From NCBI RefSeq assembly GCF_003918875.1, contig NW_025766459.1:62001-126000 (forward strand): a stretch of 64,000 nt of DNA, read 5' to 3'. This document shows positions 49,595-61,809 of the stretch, in pieces (within the stretch, counting starts at the first letter, position 1; each line of letters opens with the position of its first letter). The DNA is from Haliotis rubra. Its lineage: Eukaryota. The notes beneath the pieces are model-generated. The model did not search any database. It was not told the origin of the DNA and worked only from the letters and a program-made list of their open reading frames with translations. Both the position numbers and the translations under genes were made by a program.

Positions 49595-50425
49595 ATTTAC
49601 ATGACACTTTGTAGAATGTGGACTCACCGGTCCACCAGCATGTCACATGACACCTTGTAGCACGTGGTCTCACCGCTCCACCAGCATGTCACATGGCACC
49701 TTGTAGCTAATGGACTCACCGCTCCACAAGCATGTCACATAACACCTTGTAGCACGTAATCTCACCACTCAACTAGCATGCCACATGACGCCTTGTAGCA
49801 CGTGGTCTCACCCCTCAACTAGCATGTCACATGACACCTTGTAGTACGCGATCTCACCCCTCAGCTAGCATGTCACATGACACCTTGTAGCAAGTAATGT
49901 CACCACTTAACCAGCATGTCACAGGACACCTTGTAGCAAGTGATATCACCACTCAACTAGCATGCCACATGACACCTTGTACCAAGTGATCTCACCACTC
50001 AACTAGCATGTCACAGGACACCTTGTAGCAAGTGATATCACCACTCAACTAGCATGCCACATGACACCTTGTACCAAGTGATCTCACCACTCAACTAGCA
50101 TGCACATGACACCTTGTAGCACGTGATGTGACCACTCAACTAGCATGTCACATGACACCTTGTAGCACGTGATCTGACACCTGAACTAGCATGCACATGA
50201 CACCTTGTAGCACGTGATGTGACCACTCAACTAGCATGTCACTTGACACCTTGTAGCAACTGATCTCACCACTCAACGAGAATGTCACCTGACACCTTGT
50301 AATAACTGATTTGACCACTCAGCCAACATGTCACATGACTCCTTGTAGCACGTGATGTGACCACTCATCTGGCATGTCACATGACACCTTGTAGCACGTG
50401 ATGTGACCACTCATCTGGCATGTCG
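49595..50425. repeat. 45-46-bp minisatellite, ~18 copies, E-box rich
   Basis: Unit TAGCATGTCACATGACACCTTGTAGCACGTGATCTCACCACTCAAC. Confidence 0.93.
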
Positions 50426-50717
50426 CGTCAGGTTGACATCATCCGACAATTATGAGGTATCTGATTTACCCTTTATGCCCACTGTCTAGGAACTGCCCTG
50501 GTCAGTGATCAACGCTGACTATGATCATGCGTCTACGTGTATGTATGGGTTGACCGTGGTTCACGTTTGTCCTGATTACTTGCTACCGAGCACTTCCGCA
50601 CCTATACACATGTTCTATTCATGTGAAAGAAGCCATGTTGAAGCACCTGCTGTCTCGTAGTATCAGACAACCTTCCGCTGAGTGGTCGCTCCTACTCCTG
50701 GTGAAGCTGCTGGGGCC

Positions 50718-51624
50718 ATGTACATCGCTGTCGTCTGTCTGTGTCTGTTGGCCGTCGGCGTCCAGGTATTTGTAAATTGGCTTCATTCAGAAAAGACGGC
50801 CCTGGGGGCGCCACTGTCTGTGGTTCCAGGTATACGATTCTTAACGTGAGAAGATCCCGTCATTTTTTATTCGAATCGTATGCTTTCAAAGATCATTGAT
50901 GGGCTTCATTGGAGACACTCACTCATCCACTCACCAGGGCACCTTCACGCTACATGTACATAAGTGTCTAACCACTGACGTGTACACGGGTCTAACTGCT
51001 GCTTTCTCTTTTCACGCATTCGCGTAATCACGCACACTCAACCCGTGACCACCCTACTCACGCACTCATTTGACCTTGTAGGTTTCTTTAAAATGAGAAA
51101 ATATATCAAATCGAGTCATCCTGTTCCTGGTTGACATTTTATGACATAAGGGAATGGAATGTTGGGTATCCCTCTCTAACACAGTCAACCATTCAACCTC
51201 ACAACCGGCCAACCACTCAACACCATACAACTCAGCCATTCAACCGCCCAACCATTCAACCATCCAACTATTCAATCATTCAACACCCATTCACCCATCC
51301 TTGCAGAGCGCCTCTGTGACTGACCTGTCCGGTCTGAAGCAGCTCAGCCAACCCAAGACATACACGTGCACCCCCACATGTGGCGCCGGTCAGTGCTGTG
51401 TCCACTTTTACACCCCCGTCCACGGACGCCGACAGCTCCAACCCATCGACCTACCCCTGAACAACCCCTATCCCGGCATCACGACCATGTGCAAGACGAT
51501 CCCGACCTCTGGAGAGAAGTGTCTGGTCCACAATCCCGGAGAGTGGTGCGACTGTGCGGCAGGCCTCTCTTGTCGACCTAACGGCAAGACTGGACTAGAC
51601 GCCTTCTTCGGCACGTGCATCTAA
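50718..51624 (+). CDS. Secreted 10-cysteine colipase/prokineticin/Dickkopf-like fold peptide, 121 aa; exons 50718-50765 and 51307-51624
   Basis: Signal exon MYIAVVCLCLLAVGVQ|gt and phase-0 acceptor ttgcag|AGC. Mature part has the pattern C-x3-C-x4-CC-xn-C-x9-C-x8-CxC-x5-C-x14-C, with GEKC and CDCAAGLSC. Confidence 0.82.
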
Positions 51625-52436
51625 TTACAGGTGCGCACATGTGTCTCACTTCTGACGTCTTCACTGCATATTAATAAGATCAACACTGTACCCTGTTCTT
51701 TGTGTTGTTCCAATATGGCGTCCGTTACAGTAAATAGTTATTCATAATGATAAGAGATATTATGTTGACATATTCCTTTATCTATATATTCTTGAATGTC
51801 AGAAAATGAATGTAGTCATCCCACTGGGACGTGTTAGGGTGATAAACGTGTCTGGCTGTTGGTTGTGATGGATGTGTTCACACAGTTTGGGGCTCCAGGG
51901 GGCAACTGGCATAGGCTACCTGCTTTTACTGTATACATCAGAAATAAGTATCGGCAACAGAAGGTGAACATGCACAGGGAATGCGTCCACACACTGTGAG
52001 GCATGATAGATGTGGGACAGCGGTACATATGCTCTATACCTGAGACTGATATGATCCATGAATCAGGCCAATATAATCCATGTCTCAGCCCAATGTGATC
52101 AACATCTTAGACCGATATGATCCATCTATCAGACCGATAAGACCATGGAGACATGGGTCATATTGAGTTGAGAGTTGAGTCGGCATTATTCCAGCCATAT
52201 AGAGACGAGATCAAGTCTGCATTCATAAACATTCTAAGTACAAAGTCCAAATGAGTTTTATTCCCAAAACATATGTAGTCCTTATATTATTATTTTAAAA
52301 ACATAAAATGTCCTAGCACCAAATTCAAAAACAAGCAATCCGTCATTCACATTACATAACTAAAAATTGGAACAAAGTATCTCGGCACTATATGGCTGGA
52401 ATAGTGCTGATGTGACGCAAAGCCCAACTCAACTCA

Positions 52437-55005
52437 ATATGACCCATGGTTCACACCGATATGATCCATGTCTCACACCGATATGATCCATGTCTCACAC
52501 CGATATGAACCATGCCTCACACCGATATGAACCATGTCTCACACCGATATGAACCATGTCTCACACCGATATGATCCATGCCTCACACCGATATGATCCA
52601 TGCCTCACACCGATATGATCCATGTCTCACACCGATATGAACCATGTCTCACACCGATATGATCCATGTCTCACACCGATATGATCCATGTCTCACACCG
52701 ATATGATCCATGTCTCACACCGATATGAACCATGTCTCACACCGATATGATCCATGTCTCACACCGATATGAACCATGTCTCACACCGATATGATCCATG
52801 TCTCACACCGATATGAACCATGTCTCACACCGATATGATCCATGTCTCACACCGATATGATCCATGTCTCACACTGATATGATCCATGTCTCACACCGAT
52901 ATGATCCATGCTTTACACCGATATGATCCATGCTTTACACCGATATGAACCATGTCTCACACCGATATGAACCATGTCTCACACCGATATGATCCATGTC
53001 TCACACCGATATGATCCATGTCTCACACCGATATGAACCATGTCTCACACCGATATGAACCATGTCTCACACCGATATGATCCATGTCTCACACCGATAT
53101 GAACCATGTCTCACACCGATATGAACCATGTCTCACACCGATATGATCCATGTCTCACACCGATATGAACCATGTCTCACACCGATATGATCCATGTCTC
53201 ACACCGATATGAACCATGTCTCACACCGATATGAACCATGTCTCACACCGATATGATCCATGTCTCACACCGATATGATCCATGTCTCACACTGATATGA
53301 ACCATGTCTCACACCGATATGATCCATGTCTCACACCGATATGATCCATGTCTCACACTGATATGATCCATGTCTCACACCGATATGATCCATGTCTCAC
53401 ACCGATATGAACCATGTCTCACACCGATATGAACCATGTCTCACACCGATATGATCCATGTCTCACACCGATATGATCCATGTCTCACACCGATATGAAC
53501 CATGTCCACACCGATATGATCCATGTCTCACACCGATATGAACCATGTCTCACACCGATATGAACCATGTCTCACACCGATATGATCCATGTCTCACACC
53601 GATATGAACCATGTCTCACACCGATATGAACCATGTCTCACACCGATATGAACCATGTCTCACACCGATATGATCCATGTCTCACACCGATATGATCCAT
53701 GTCTCACACCGATATGATCCATGTCTCACACCGATATGATCCATGTCTCACACCGATATGATCCATGTCTCACACCGATATGAACCATGTCTCACACCGA
53801 TATGATCCATGTCTCACACCGATATGAACCATGTCTCACACCGATATGATCCATGTCTCACACCGATATGATCCATGTCTCACACTGATATGATCCATGT
53901 CTCACACCGATATGATCCATGCTTTACACCGATATGATCCATGCTTTACACCGATATGAACCATGTCTCACACCGATATGAACCATGTCTCACACCGATA
54001 TGATCCATGCTTTACACCGATATGATCCATGTCTCACACCGATATGAACCATGTCTCACACCGATATGAACCATGTCTCACACCGATATGATCCATGTCT
54101 CACACCGATATGATCCATGTCTCACACCGATATGATCCATGCTTTACACCGATATGAACCATGTCTCACACCGATATGAACCATGTCTCACACCGATATG
54201 ATCCATGTCTCACACCGATATGATCCATGCTTTACACCGATATGATCCATGTCTCACACCGATATGATCCATGTCTCACACCGATATGATCCATGCTTTA
54301 CACCGATATGATCCATGTCTCACACCGATATGATCCATGTCTCACACCGATATGATCCATGCTTTACACCGATATGACCCATGTCTCACACCGATATGAA
54401 CCATGTCTCACACCGATATGATCCATTCTTTACACCGATATGATCCATGTCTCACACCGATATGATCCATGTCTCACATCGGTATGATCCATGTCTCACA
54501 CTGATATGAACCATGTCTCACACCAGTATGACCCATGTCTCACACTGATATGATCCATGTCTCACACTGATATGATCCATATCTCACACCGATATGAACC
54601 ATGTCTCACACTGATATGATCCATATCTCACACCAGTATGATCCATGTCTCACACTGATATGATCCATATCTCACACCGATATGAACCATGTCTCACACC
54701 GATATGATCCATGCTTTACACCGATATGATCCATGTCTCACATTGGTATGATCCATGTCTTAGACAATATGATCCATATCTCACACTGATATGATCCATG
54801 TCTCACACCAGTATGATCCATGCTTTACACCGATATGATCCATGTCTCTCATTGGTATGATCCATGTCTTAGACAATATGATCCATATCTCACACTGATA
54901 TGATCCATGTCTCACACCTGTATGATCCATGTCTCACACTGATATGATCCATGTCTCACACTGATATGATCCATGTCTCACACTGATATGATCCATGCCT
55001 CAGAC
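52437..55005. repeat. 22-bp satellite, >110 copies
   Basis: Unit CCGATATGA(T/A)CCATGTCTCACA; degenerate units also at 52045-52150. Confidence 0.98.
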
Positions 55006-55022
55006 ATATGATAATGATCGTG

Positions 55023-57628
55023 TCACAGGCTGATGTGAGACAAAGAGAAGCTGTCCTGGGCTGTGTCCACCTGGCGGTCATACAACACGCACTGACCCGA
55101 GCTGCTCACGCCGAACTTTACACACGTGTCTTCATCCATACACTGGCGAGCACAGTCAAGGTCATACCCTCCTTCTGGGGCGGACTTCCGGTCTTGTGTA
55201 AACACTGCATGTACAGATTCGGAAAAAGTGAATCAGTTATCACTTGAATGACTGAGTGATGTATCAAACGTCACTTTTAACAGTATATCCGTTATACCAC
55301 TCCTTAATATTGGAGGGAAACACAAAACGTAAACAACATGGGCTATATCTGGTATTATAGAGACCCCGGCAACTATTTGAGTGAGTGAGTGAGTCACATC
55401 GGCAGTATTTCAGCCATATCGTGACGAGAACAATTAATTATCATTAAAGATCAATTATAATTAGAAGTTATAAAACTGTTTACGATAAACGCTAAAACTA
55501 GAGTATCACAGATAGAGATATAAAACTAGCATGTAACTTAATACTTATACTATAATGCAGGACAATTCAATATAAAACAGGGCTATAGATCACCAGCAGC
55601 TGAAGGTAGATCACCATACTAGGGACCATGGGGACTTATAATTCTTTGGCCATCTGCATGGACCCTAGACGGATGTATTACATCCCCTCAGCTGCTGGTG
55701 CTTGTAGTATGTGTATACTAGAACAACATCACACATCCTACCTACAACCTGAAGGCGAGGGATGACTCCAACACATTATAAGTTGTTCACTGGTCTCGAG
55801 GGGGACATGGGCTGATGTACCCTCGATGTTTGTTTATGTTCTCTGAGCCCGAAGGGCGAGGGGAACATAAAGAAACATCGTGAGTACATCAATCCATGGG
55901 CCCCGAGGGACCAGTGAACAACGTATTTATCTTACCGAACACCTCAATAGTAATTTGAACTGTTTGAAGCACGGGAATCGGATAATAGTATCGAGTACCT
56001 GACGATAAGACGACAAGAAAAACAAATTTAGAGTTATCTCCCCTTCCATCGATTTGCATTCGCAAAACATCGGTAATTTCCGTACATCATACGTGATTCA
56101 TTGTTATTCGAGATTAAGAATTACTACTACGAAGTACCAAATGAGTTCGGCATTCCCAGCCGGGTACATAGAAAATGGTACTCGCTTGTAAGCGGGGTAC
56201 ATTGAAAATAGTAGGAGCGCGCTCAGCCAATCAGAAAACGACATTTATGTGTGGCAAGATAGGTATATTTAAACCTCGGAGGACATGTCGTTGCAATTAA
56301 AGTGAATTTGGTTTAACCTATTCAACTTTTATTACGACATGTCGACTGAAGATGAGATGAGAGCCCATTCAAACTACACCAGTGGTGCTGACAAACCACA
56401 TATCATGATCAGGCTTAATCCAGGATTCGAACCCGCAGTTGTAAAATCCTACCTGCAGACCTGCGTCCAGTGGTCGGCGCGGTCACTGCGTGGACGTGAA
56501 GGTCACATGACAGGACACTCCCGAACAGGTCTACACACTTGGACCTGAGCTTGACGTATCGGCCCTGTACATGCCTGACGCACTGGTGCGAGACTGTGAT
56601 GTTCGGGGGAACCTGGCCGCTCTGTTCCACACAGATCTTGCTTCCGTACATCTCGTTGTCGGTGGCAGACAACCTATTGCCAACCTCCACGGTAAAGTTG
56701 CCCAGCCAAGGATCTGAATAGAAGAAATTTCTGTCTCGATCTTGCTAGTACCACATATGATCTTTATCTGAAAATACCATCTATTAAATACTGCAGTAGG
56801 AGAGGTAACACGCAGGTCAAACATGATGCCAATTTGTTTGAATACACTAAAAGTACATAAAATACACATAGAATGACTATGTAAGTGAGTGTGATTTTAC
56901 GCTGTCTTTAACAATATTTCTACACTATCACGACCGGGCATACCAGAACTTAGTTTCACGCGTTTTACAAGCATGGGGAATCGAGCCCGGGTGACAGACG
57001 AAACGGTGTATAAGGCGTTACACGAGCGCATTCACCACTAGGCTACATCCCCCTCCCCTTACATATACCATATCGCCTGAATCCAACTCCGCCATATTCG
57101 TATAATCAGGTCGTTGGGTTGAATTGTGGTTATGGCGTTCTCTTGTCACGCCGGAAACCCGGGTTCGGTTTCCTGCCGAACACAGTTAGATACAATGTGT
57201 GAAGCCCGTCTCTGGTGTCCCCTATCGTGTTATTGCTGGAATATAGCTAAAAGCTTCGTAAAACCTCACTCACTCACTGGTATAAATCCACGGACACCTG
57301 CAACACGGCACTTACTCACTCACTCACTGGTATAAATCCACGGAAACCCGCAACACGGTACTCACTGCAGCAGCTACCGGCGTTCTTCACGCTGATGCTG
57401 ACGACCTTCATTTCCTCCCCAAGGTCGAAGATCCACCATGGCGGGGAAGGTTTATACCCGTAGACGCAGGGGCCGGAGAAGAAGGCCACAATGTCACTGG
57501 CGCTGGCCACGTCGAGTAGTGGGCTGGGGTCCTTCAGCAGCCGAGACATCACAGCAGGGACGGCCTTCAGGATGCCTTCTTCCACCGAGGAGATGAACGT
57601 GGTTCCTGGAACCCAATATTTTTTGGTA
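55023..57628 (-). CDS. F-type lectin (fucolectin/F5-8 type C-like) domain + C-terminal PAN/apple-like domain protein, 5'-incomplete; exons 57628-57366, 56713-56453, 55204-55023
   Basis: Phase-consistent splicing gives ...PWWIFDLGEEMKVVSISVKNAGSCC|NPWLGNFTVEVG...ICVEQ...C...VQGRYVKL...SCDLHV... then DCARQCMDEDTCVKFGVSSSGQCVLY. No start exon found. Confidence 0.75.
55380..55760 (-). mobile_element. Non-LTR retroelement 3' fragment (same family as 14398-14654)
   Basis: Shared blocks GTCACATCGGCA..CAGCCATATCGTGACGA and GGGCTATAGATC...CACCATACTAGGG. Confidence 0.7.
55778..56265. mobile_element. Hairpin-ended non-autonomous element (Crypton-like)
   Basis: ~140-bp imperfect palindrome 55782-55922 with a GCCCGAAGGGC loop; CAGCCAATCAGAA motif at the far end; no TIR or TSD. 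Confidence 0.5.
57110..57277 (+). mobile_element. Degenerate SINE family A
   Basis: Family A consensus with (ACTC)n tail. Confidence 0.7.
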
Positions 57629-57739
57629 CTGTCAGAAAGTACAGATCATAAATAGTTTTACTACTTGAAATCTTCAGAAGATGCTTTGCAAACCTTAATA
57701 CTCCACGATATAATTTATAAAGAGCAGAAGGGAGCGAGG

Positions 57740-58100
57740 TTCAGATGTTGGCGGTGGAAGGATAAACTTCTTGAACCAAAAAAAGATTTTGGAAGACGCG
57801 AATTGTCTACAAAACAAAGCCATAAATTCCTCTGATGTGCCAGTCCTTTCTTGTTCCTTTCGAATAGTTGCTTGGGCAAAGCACGATATCCAGAGTCTTG
57901 ACCGCCTGACCCGAAGCATCATGTCTGACAATAAAGTCCACTACCCTCGTTTCTTTTTTGAATCGTTTATAAATGTCAATCAATTCGGGAGGTTAGGTGT
58001 TTATTAACATGTAGAGGCTCTAGATGATAGACGTTTACTGTCGTCTGATGATCCTCTGTTTAGACATGTCAAGGCTCAAGATGAAAACAATTTTCTATTT
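57740..58100 (+). pseudogene. Reverse-transcriptase thumb fragment of an R4/Dong-like non-LTR element
   Basis: NKAINS..VPVL.CSF.IVAW....IQSLDR.TR.IM.....HYPR matches the RLE-clade post-RT region; stops and frameshifts follow. Confidence 0.65.
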
Positions 58101-58400
58101 TAAGAGAAGATTGTTGGACAAGATATCGACGTTGAAGTTGACGTTGTTGATGGCGATGTTCTGCTGGACGCTACAGGAGTAAACCAGGTGACTTCATGCG
58201 CAAAGTCAATCTAGAGTCGGTCATTTAAGCAGACACTGTTTGGTTATCTAAACTATAAACATTACTATAGTACTCTTTTAAAAGAAGCCTCAGTGATCAC
58301 AGAACGAAACCCATACTAATCTTGTCTCCCCAATAATCCCTGTTCAACAATCAGTCAATCTGTAAAATAATTTGGTTAATTAATCAGGCAATGTACACAA

Positions 58401-58686
58401 TGTAACATATGTTATATTTGGGATTACACTTTCTTAGTAAAGTACAGATTCTAGTACTTTTTGGGGTTGAGTCCCATGCGGGATTCGAACCCACACCCTC
58501 AGAGTCAGGCACCTAATCGCCAGCACACAAAGTCAGACGCCTAGACCGCTCAGGAAGCCGCGGTGGCTGAGCGGTCTAGAGGTCTGACTTTGTGTAAGCC
58601 GCGGTGGCTGAGTGGTCTAGGCGTCTGACTTTGTGTGCTGGCGATTAGATGCCTGACTCTGAGGGTGTGGGTTCGAATCCCGCATG
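58401..58686. mobile_element. Head-to-head inverted tRNA-like repeat (family D) with duplicated head
   Basis: Minus copy 58401-58553, partial plus head 58555-58595, plus copy 58596-58686 (GGTGGCTGAGTGGTCTAGG...GGTTCGAATCCC). Confidence 0.75.
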
Positions 58687-59017
58687 TACCGTTGTCAAGC
58701 AGGAATGATGTTTGTTGTTTGAATATTTTTACCCTTCGGACGCGTCATACATTGATTTTAGATCAGATCAAAGGGGAGCATCACGCGCAATACGTGGTCT
58801 CATCATAAAGCAAACTGTTCTTTCAGCTCGATGACTTGGAAAGGAAATTGATTTCGTTGTCGTTAGCAAAAACTGATGAAACGTGGGGGTGCCTTTCGAA
58901 TGACTTCTGAAAGGAGCATGGTTCTTAATTTAATGTACATCTAAGTCTCAACCTTCACTCGCTGGACGAATATGTCTCAGACATAATAATTAATCTCATC
59001 GTGGCCATCCTCATCCA

Positions 59018-59167
59018 TTGTAAACCAGTCACCGTGTTCTTTAATCTGATTGGTTGAAAAACATGATCGAATGGTATTCGAGTCCGGAAATGTTGTAAAC
59101 CAGTCACCGTGTTCTTTAATCTGATTGGTTGAAAAACATGATCGAATGGTATTCGAGTCCGGAAATT
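59018..59167. repeat. 75-bp direct tandem duplication
   Basis: TTGTAAACCAGTCACCGTG...GAGTCCGGAAAT occurs twice. Confidence 0.9.
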
Positions 59168-59239
59168 GCAAGACTATTCACTGCGTATTGACACGTACAA
59201 ATATCGCACACGACTTTGTATTGAACATAGAGATTTTTT

Positions 59240-59385
59240 CTGGCTTACATCTTCTTTTTAGATAGAACAAGTATACATGGATGACAAGTTCTTTTATTCT
59301 AGAGCACGACGTTTCGATACAGGTTCCTGTATCGTTTTCAAGTAAGAATGGTACAGGGGGAGAACAGGTGATATATATACAACAA
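59240..59385 (-). mobile_element. Penelope-like LTR fragment with variant hammerhead motif
   Basis: Minus strand AC-TTGAAAAC-GATACAGG-AA-CCTGTATC-GAAACGTC-GT followed by AATAAA; same layout as the 14150, 20540 and 21555 copies. Confidence 0.5.
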
Positions 59386-59716
59386 GACTAATTAACAAGG
59401 CAAGGCGGAATAACAATGTGATGATAACAAATAAAGGGGTAACAGAGGATTACAGGGATAAACATAGAGTCCAGTGGAAGCCTTCTTCTTTTGGGGTATT
59501 CGCACGAAGTCGAATTTTTAGTTGCGGCTATTCGCGGGAAGGCGAAAAGCGGTACTCTTTGATGATTGGTGTTGTTTTTACATTGTTTGCACAAGGGATT
59601 AGGGAAGGATTATCGCCTTACCCACCTGAACATGTTGGTGAACAGTTCTCATCCTGTCATGTTGGTGAACTGTTGTTGGTGAACTTTTTTAACAACAATA
59701 ATAATACAATAATAAC

Positions 59717-60729
59717 AATGCAATTGGTGCCGTTGGTGTTCCTGCTGGTACCCGACAAGAAGCAAGTCGCCTATGAGAGAGCTCTGCGACTCGTGAAAGA
59801 CGCTGCTGAAGCAAGGGGACTTCGTTTTCAACCAGATTGTGTCCAGGTAATTGAACAACTGAATTGCCATGATATATAACTTGGTCCCATAAATTATGTT
59901 ATCTGTCGCTATAAATTATTTTCTTTAATTATGTTGTTACAGATAGACTTCGAAGTGGCAGCTAAGAATGCCGTGGAGGTTGTTTTCCCGGGTATAGAGT
60001 GGAAAGGTTGTTTTTTCCACTTTACCCAGTGCATATGGAGGAAGACGCAACAAGTTGGGCTGCAGGTTGAGTACAGCAACAACCCCGACGTCAACCACTT
60101 CGTCAGACTCTGTGCTGTATTGCCTCTTGTGCCATTGGCTGATGTAAGTAGTTTTATCTCGATATATCTTCTAGTAATAGCATTATAATACACTGTATTA
60201 TTCACATTCTCATACGTATTGTAAATAATGACGTTTTATTACATTACAAGGTCGTTTTTCTTATACCATTGTTTTTTGTTTTAGGTTGAAGACGTATGGC
60301 TCCAAACCCTAGCTGATATGCCGCCAGATGACCCGATGTCATCAATTGGCCGACTACGTCACCACCACCTGGATCGAAGGTAGTCTCCCGATGACATCAT
60401 GGAACCATTACCTGACCCTCGGCCCAAGAACCAACAACAATTTGGAGGGTTGGCATGGGCGAGTTAAGAAACTTATCGGGAAAGCCCATCCTAATGTATT
60501 CGAGCTGATTCGCTTCTTGTTGGATGAACATAAGACAACAGAAGTGCACTTGGTTCAGTACATGGCAGGACAACGCCTCCCACCCAGAAAGAAACGGTAC
60601 CAGGACCTGCAAAGAAAGCTGGATGACCTGAACACCAGGCTGGTTCCCAAGACCTCGCCGTCTACGCTGTCAGAGCATCTTATGCTCTTAAACTTGCTTA
60701 AATATTGTGATTTGTACATTGTTAAATGA
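59717..60729 (+). pseudogene. Intron-containing MULE (Mutator) transposase fragment, 5'-truncated
   Basis: PLVFLL.PDK....Y, |IDFE.A..NA...VFP....GCFFHF.Q.IWR and RTNNNLEGWH..HPN motifs; GT-AG introns 59847-59942 and 60144-60284; 1-nt frameshift near 60333. Confidence 0.88.
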
Positions 60730-61727
60730 GTATATGGTTAGAATATTTGTCCATTTAGTATTTCCAATCTATAAAGTTAATCTAGTCATCTGTATATATG
60801 TGTAATAAGTAAGAATATTTTGTCCATTTTTTAATCAATGTAACGTAACATAATATTTACTCAGTGCCAGTATTGAAGGGCCATGTGTCTTTTGCATTGA
60901 TAGGAATCAATTCCATATTATGAATATATTAGTAATGAGAAGTCAATACTGTTAAAAACCCTGTTGACATTAGGCACGACAGAACACATTAGGCTACGCT
61001 CATGTCTCAATGATTGAGAAGTTGAAGATATACAGTGTTTTCAAAAACATGATCATTTTGATATTTTTTTGTTTCCGTGAATTTTTTGGTTTTTGCAAAA
61101 CGAATTTCCCTTGCGGGACAATAAAGTTTATCTTATCTAGAAAGGACGTGTGCCGCCATTTGCACTCATGAAGTCTTGCAAAACGTTCCAAGTTGTACAT
61201 TGTTTCAACGAGTGTGGTTTGGTTCTGACTGTCATGAGTGAATTTGATAACATTGGAATCACATAGTAGCTCGGAGTCGGAAGTGGGTCTTCATCATGTT
61301 TATCAGTGAAAAATGTTATCTTCATCAATGCATCAAAGAAACGACGAGGCAAATCGATCTCACAATGGACAGGCACTGACGGTTTCGTGTCAGGTATTTT
61401 TGCAAGACGACACATGACCCTTGTCGCATCTCTCTAGTAAAAGTACCAATGTTGTAGATTTTGAATATTCGAAGGGAATCCCGGGCTTTATCTCTAACGG
61501 TGATTTTCACACAATTGTTTACATAGGTATAACTGATTGTTGGCGCCATTTTGAATTCATCACTAGAAATCAAAACTTTTAATAAAAGGAATTAGAAAAT
61601 AAATAGATTTGTGTTATATTTATTTTACTTGTGACTCAATGTATAAATCCCTGTTTGTGTTGCAATCTCGAAAATAACAGGTAGGTGTAAAGGGGTAATT
61701 TTTGCACGAGTTACAGGTTTCTGTTCA

Positions 61728-61809
61728 ATACGAAACTCGTGACCTTCATATGATTTCTGACCTCGCTTTCGCTCGGTCAGATACCATTGGAAGGACACTC
61801 GTTTCGTAT
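61728..61809. repeat. Imperfect ~80-bp hairpin, probable end of a Crypton-like element
   Basis: ATACGAAAC...TCTGACCTCGCTTTCGCTCGGTCAGA...GTTTCGTAT. Confidence 0.6.

Noticed and set aside
58596-58686. Possible tRNA-Leu/Ser gene
   Set aside because: A and B boxes are present, but there is no acceptor-stem pairing and the anticodon region is oversized; it belongs to a dispersed repeat family.
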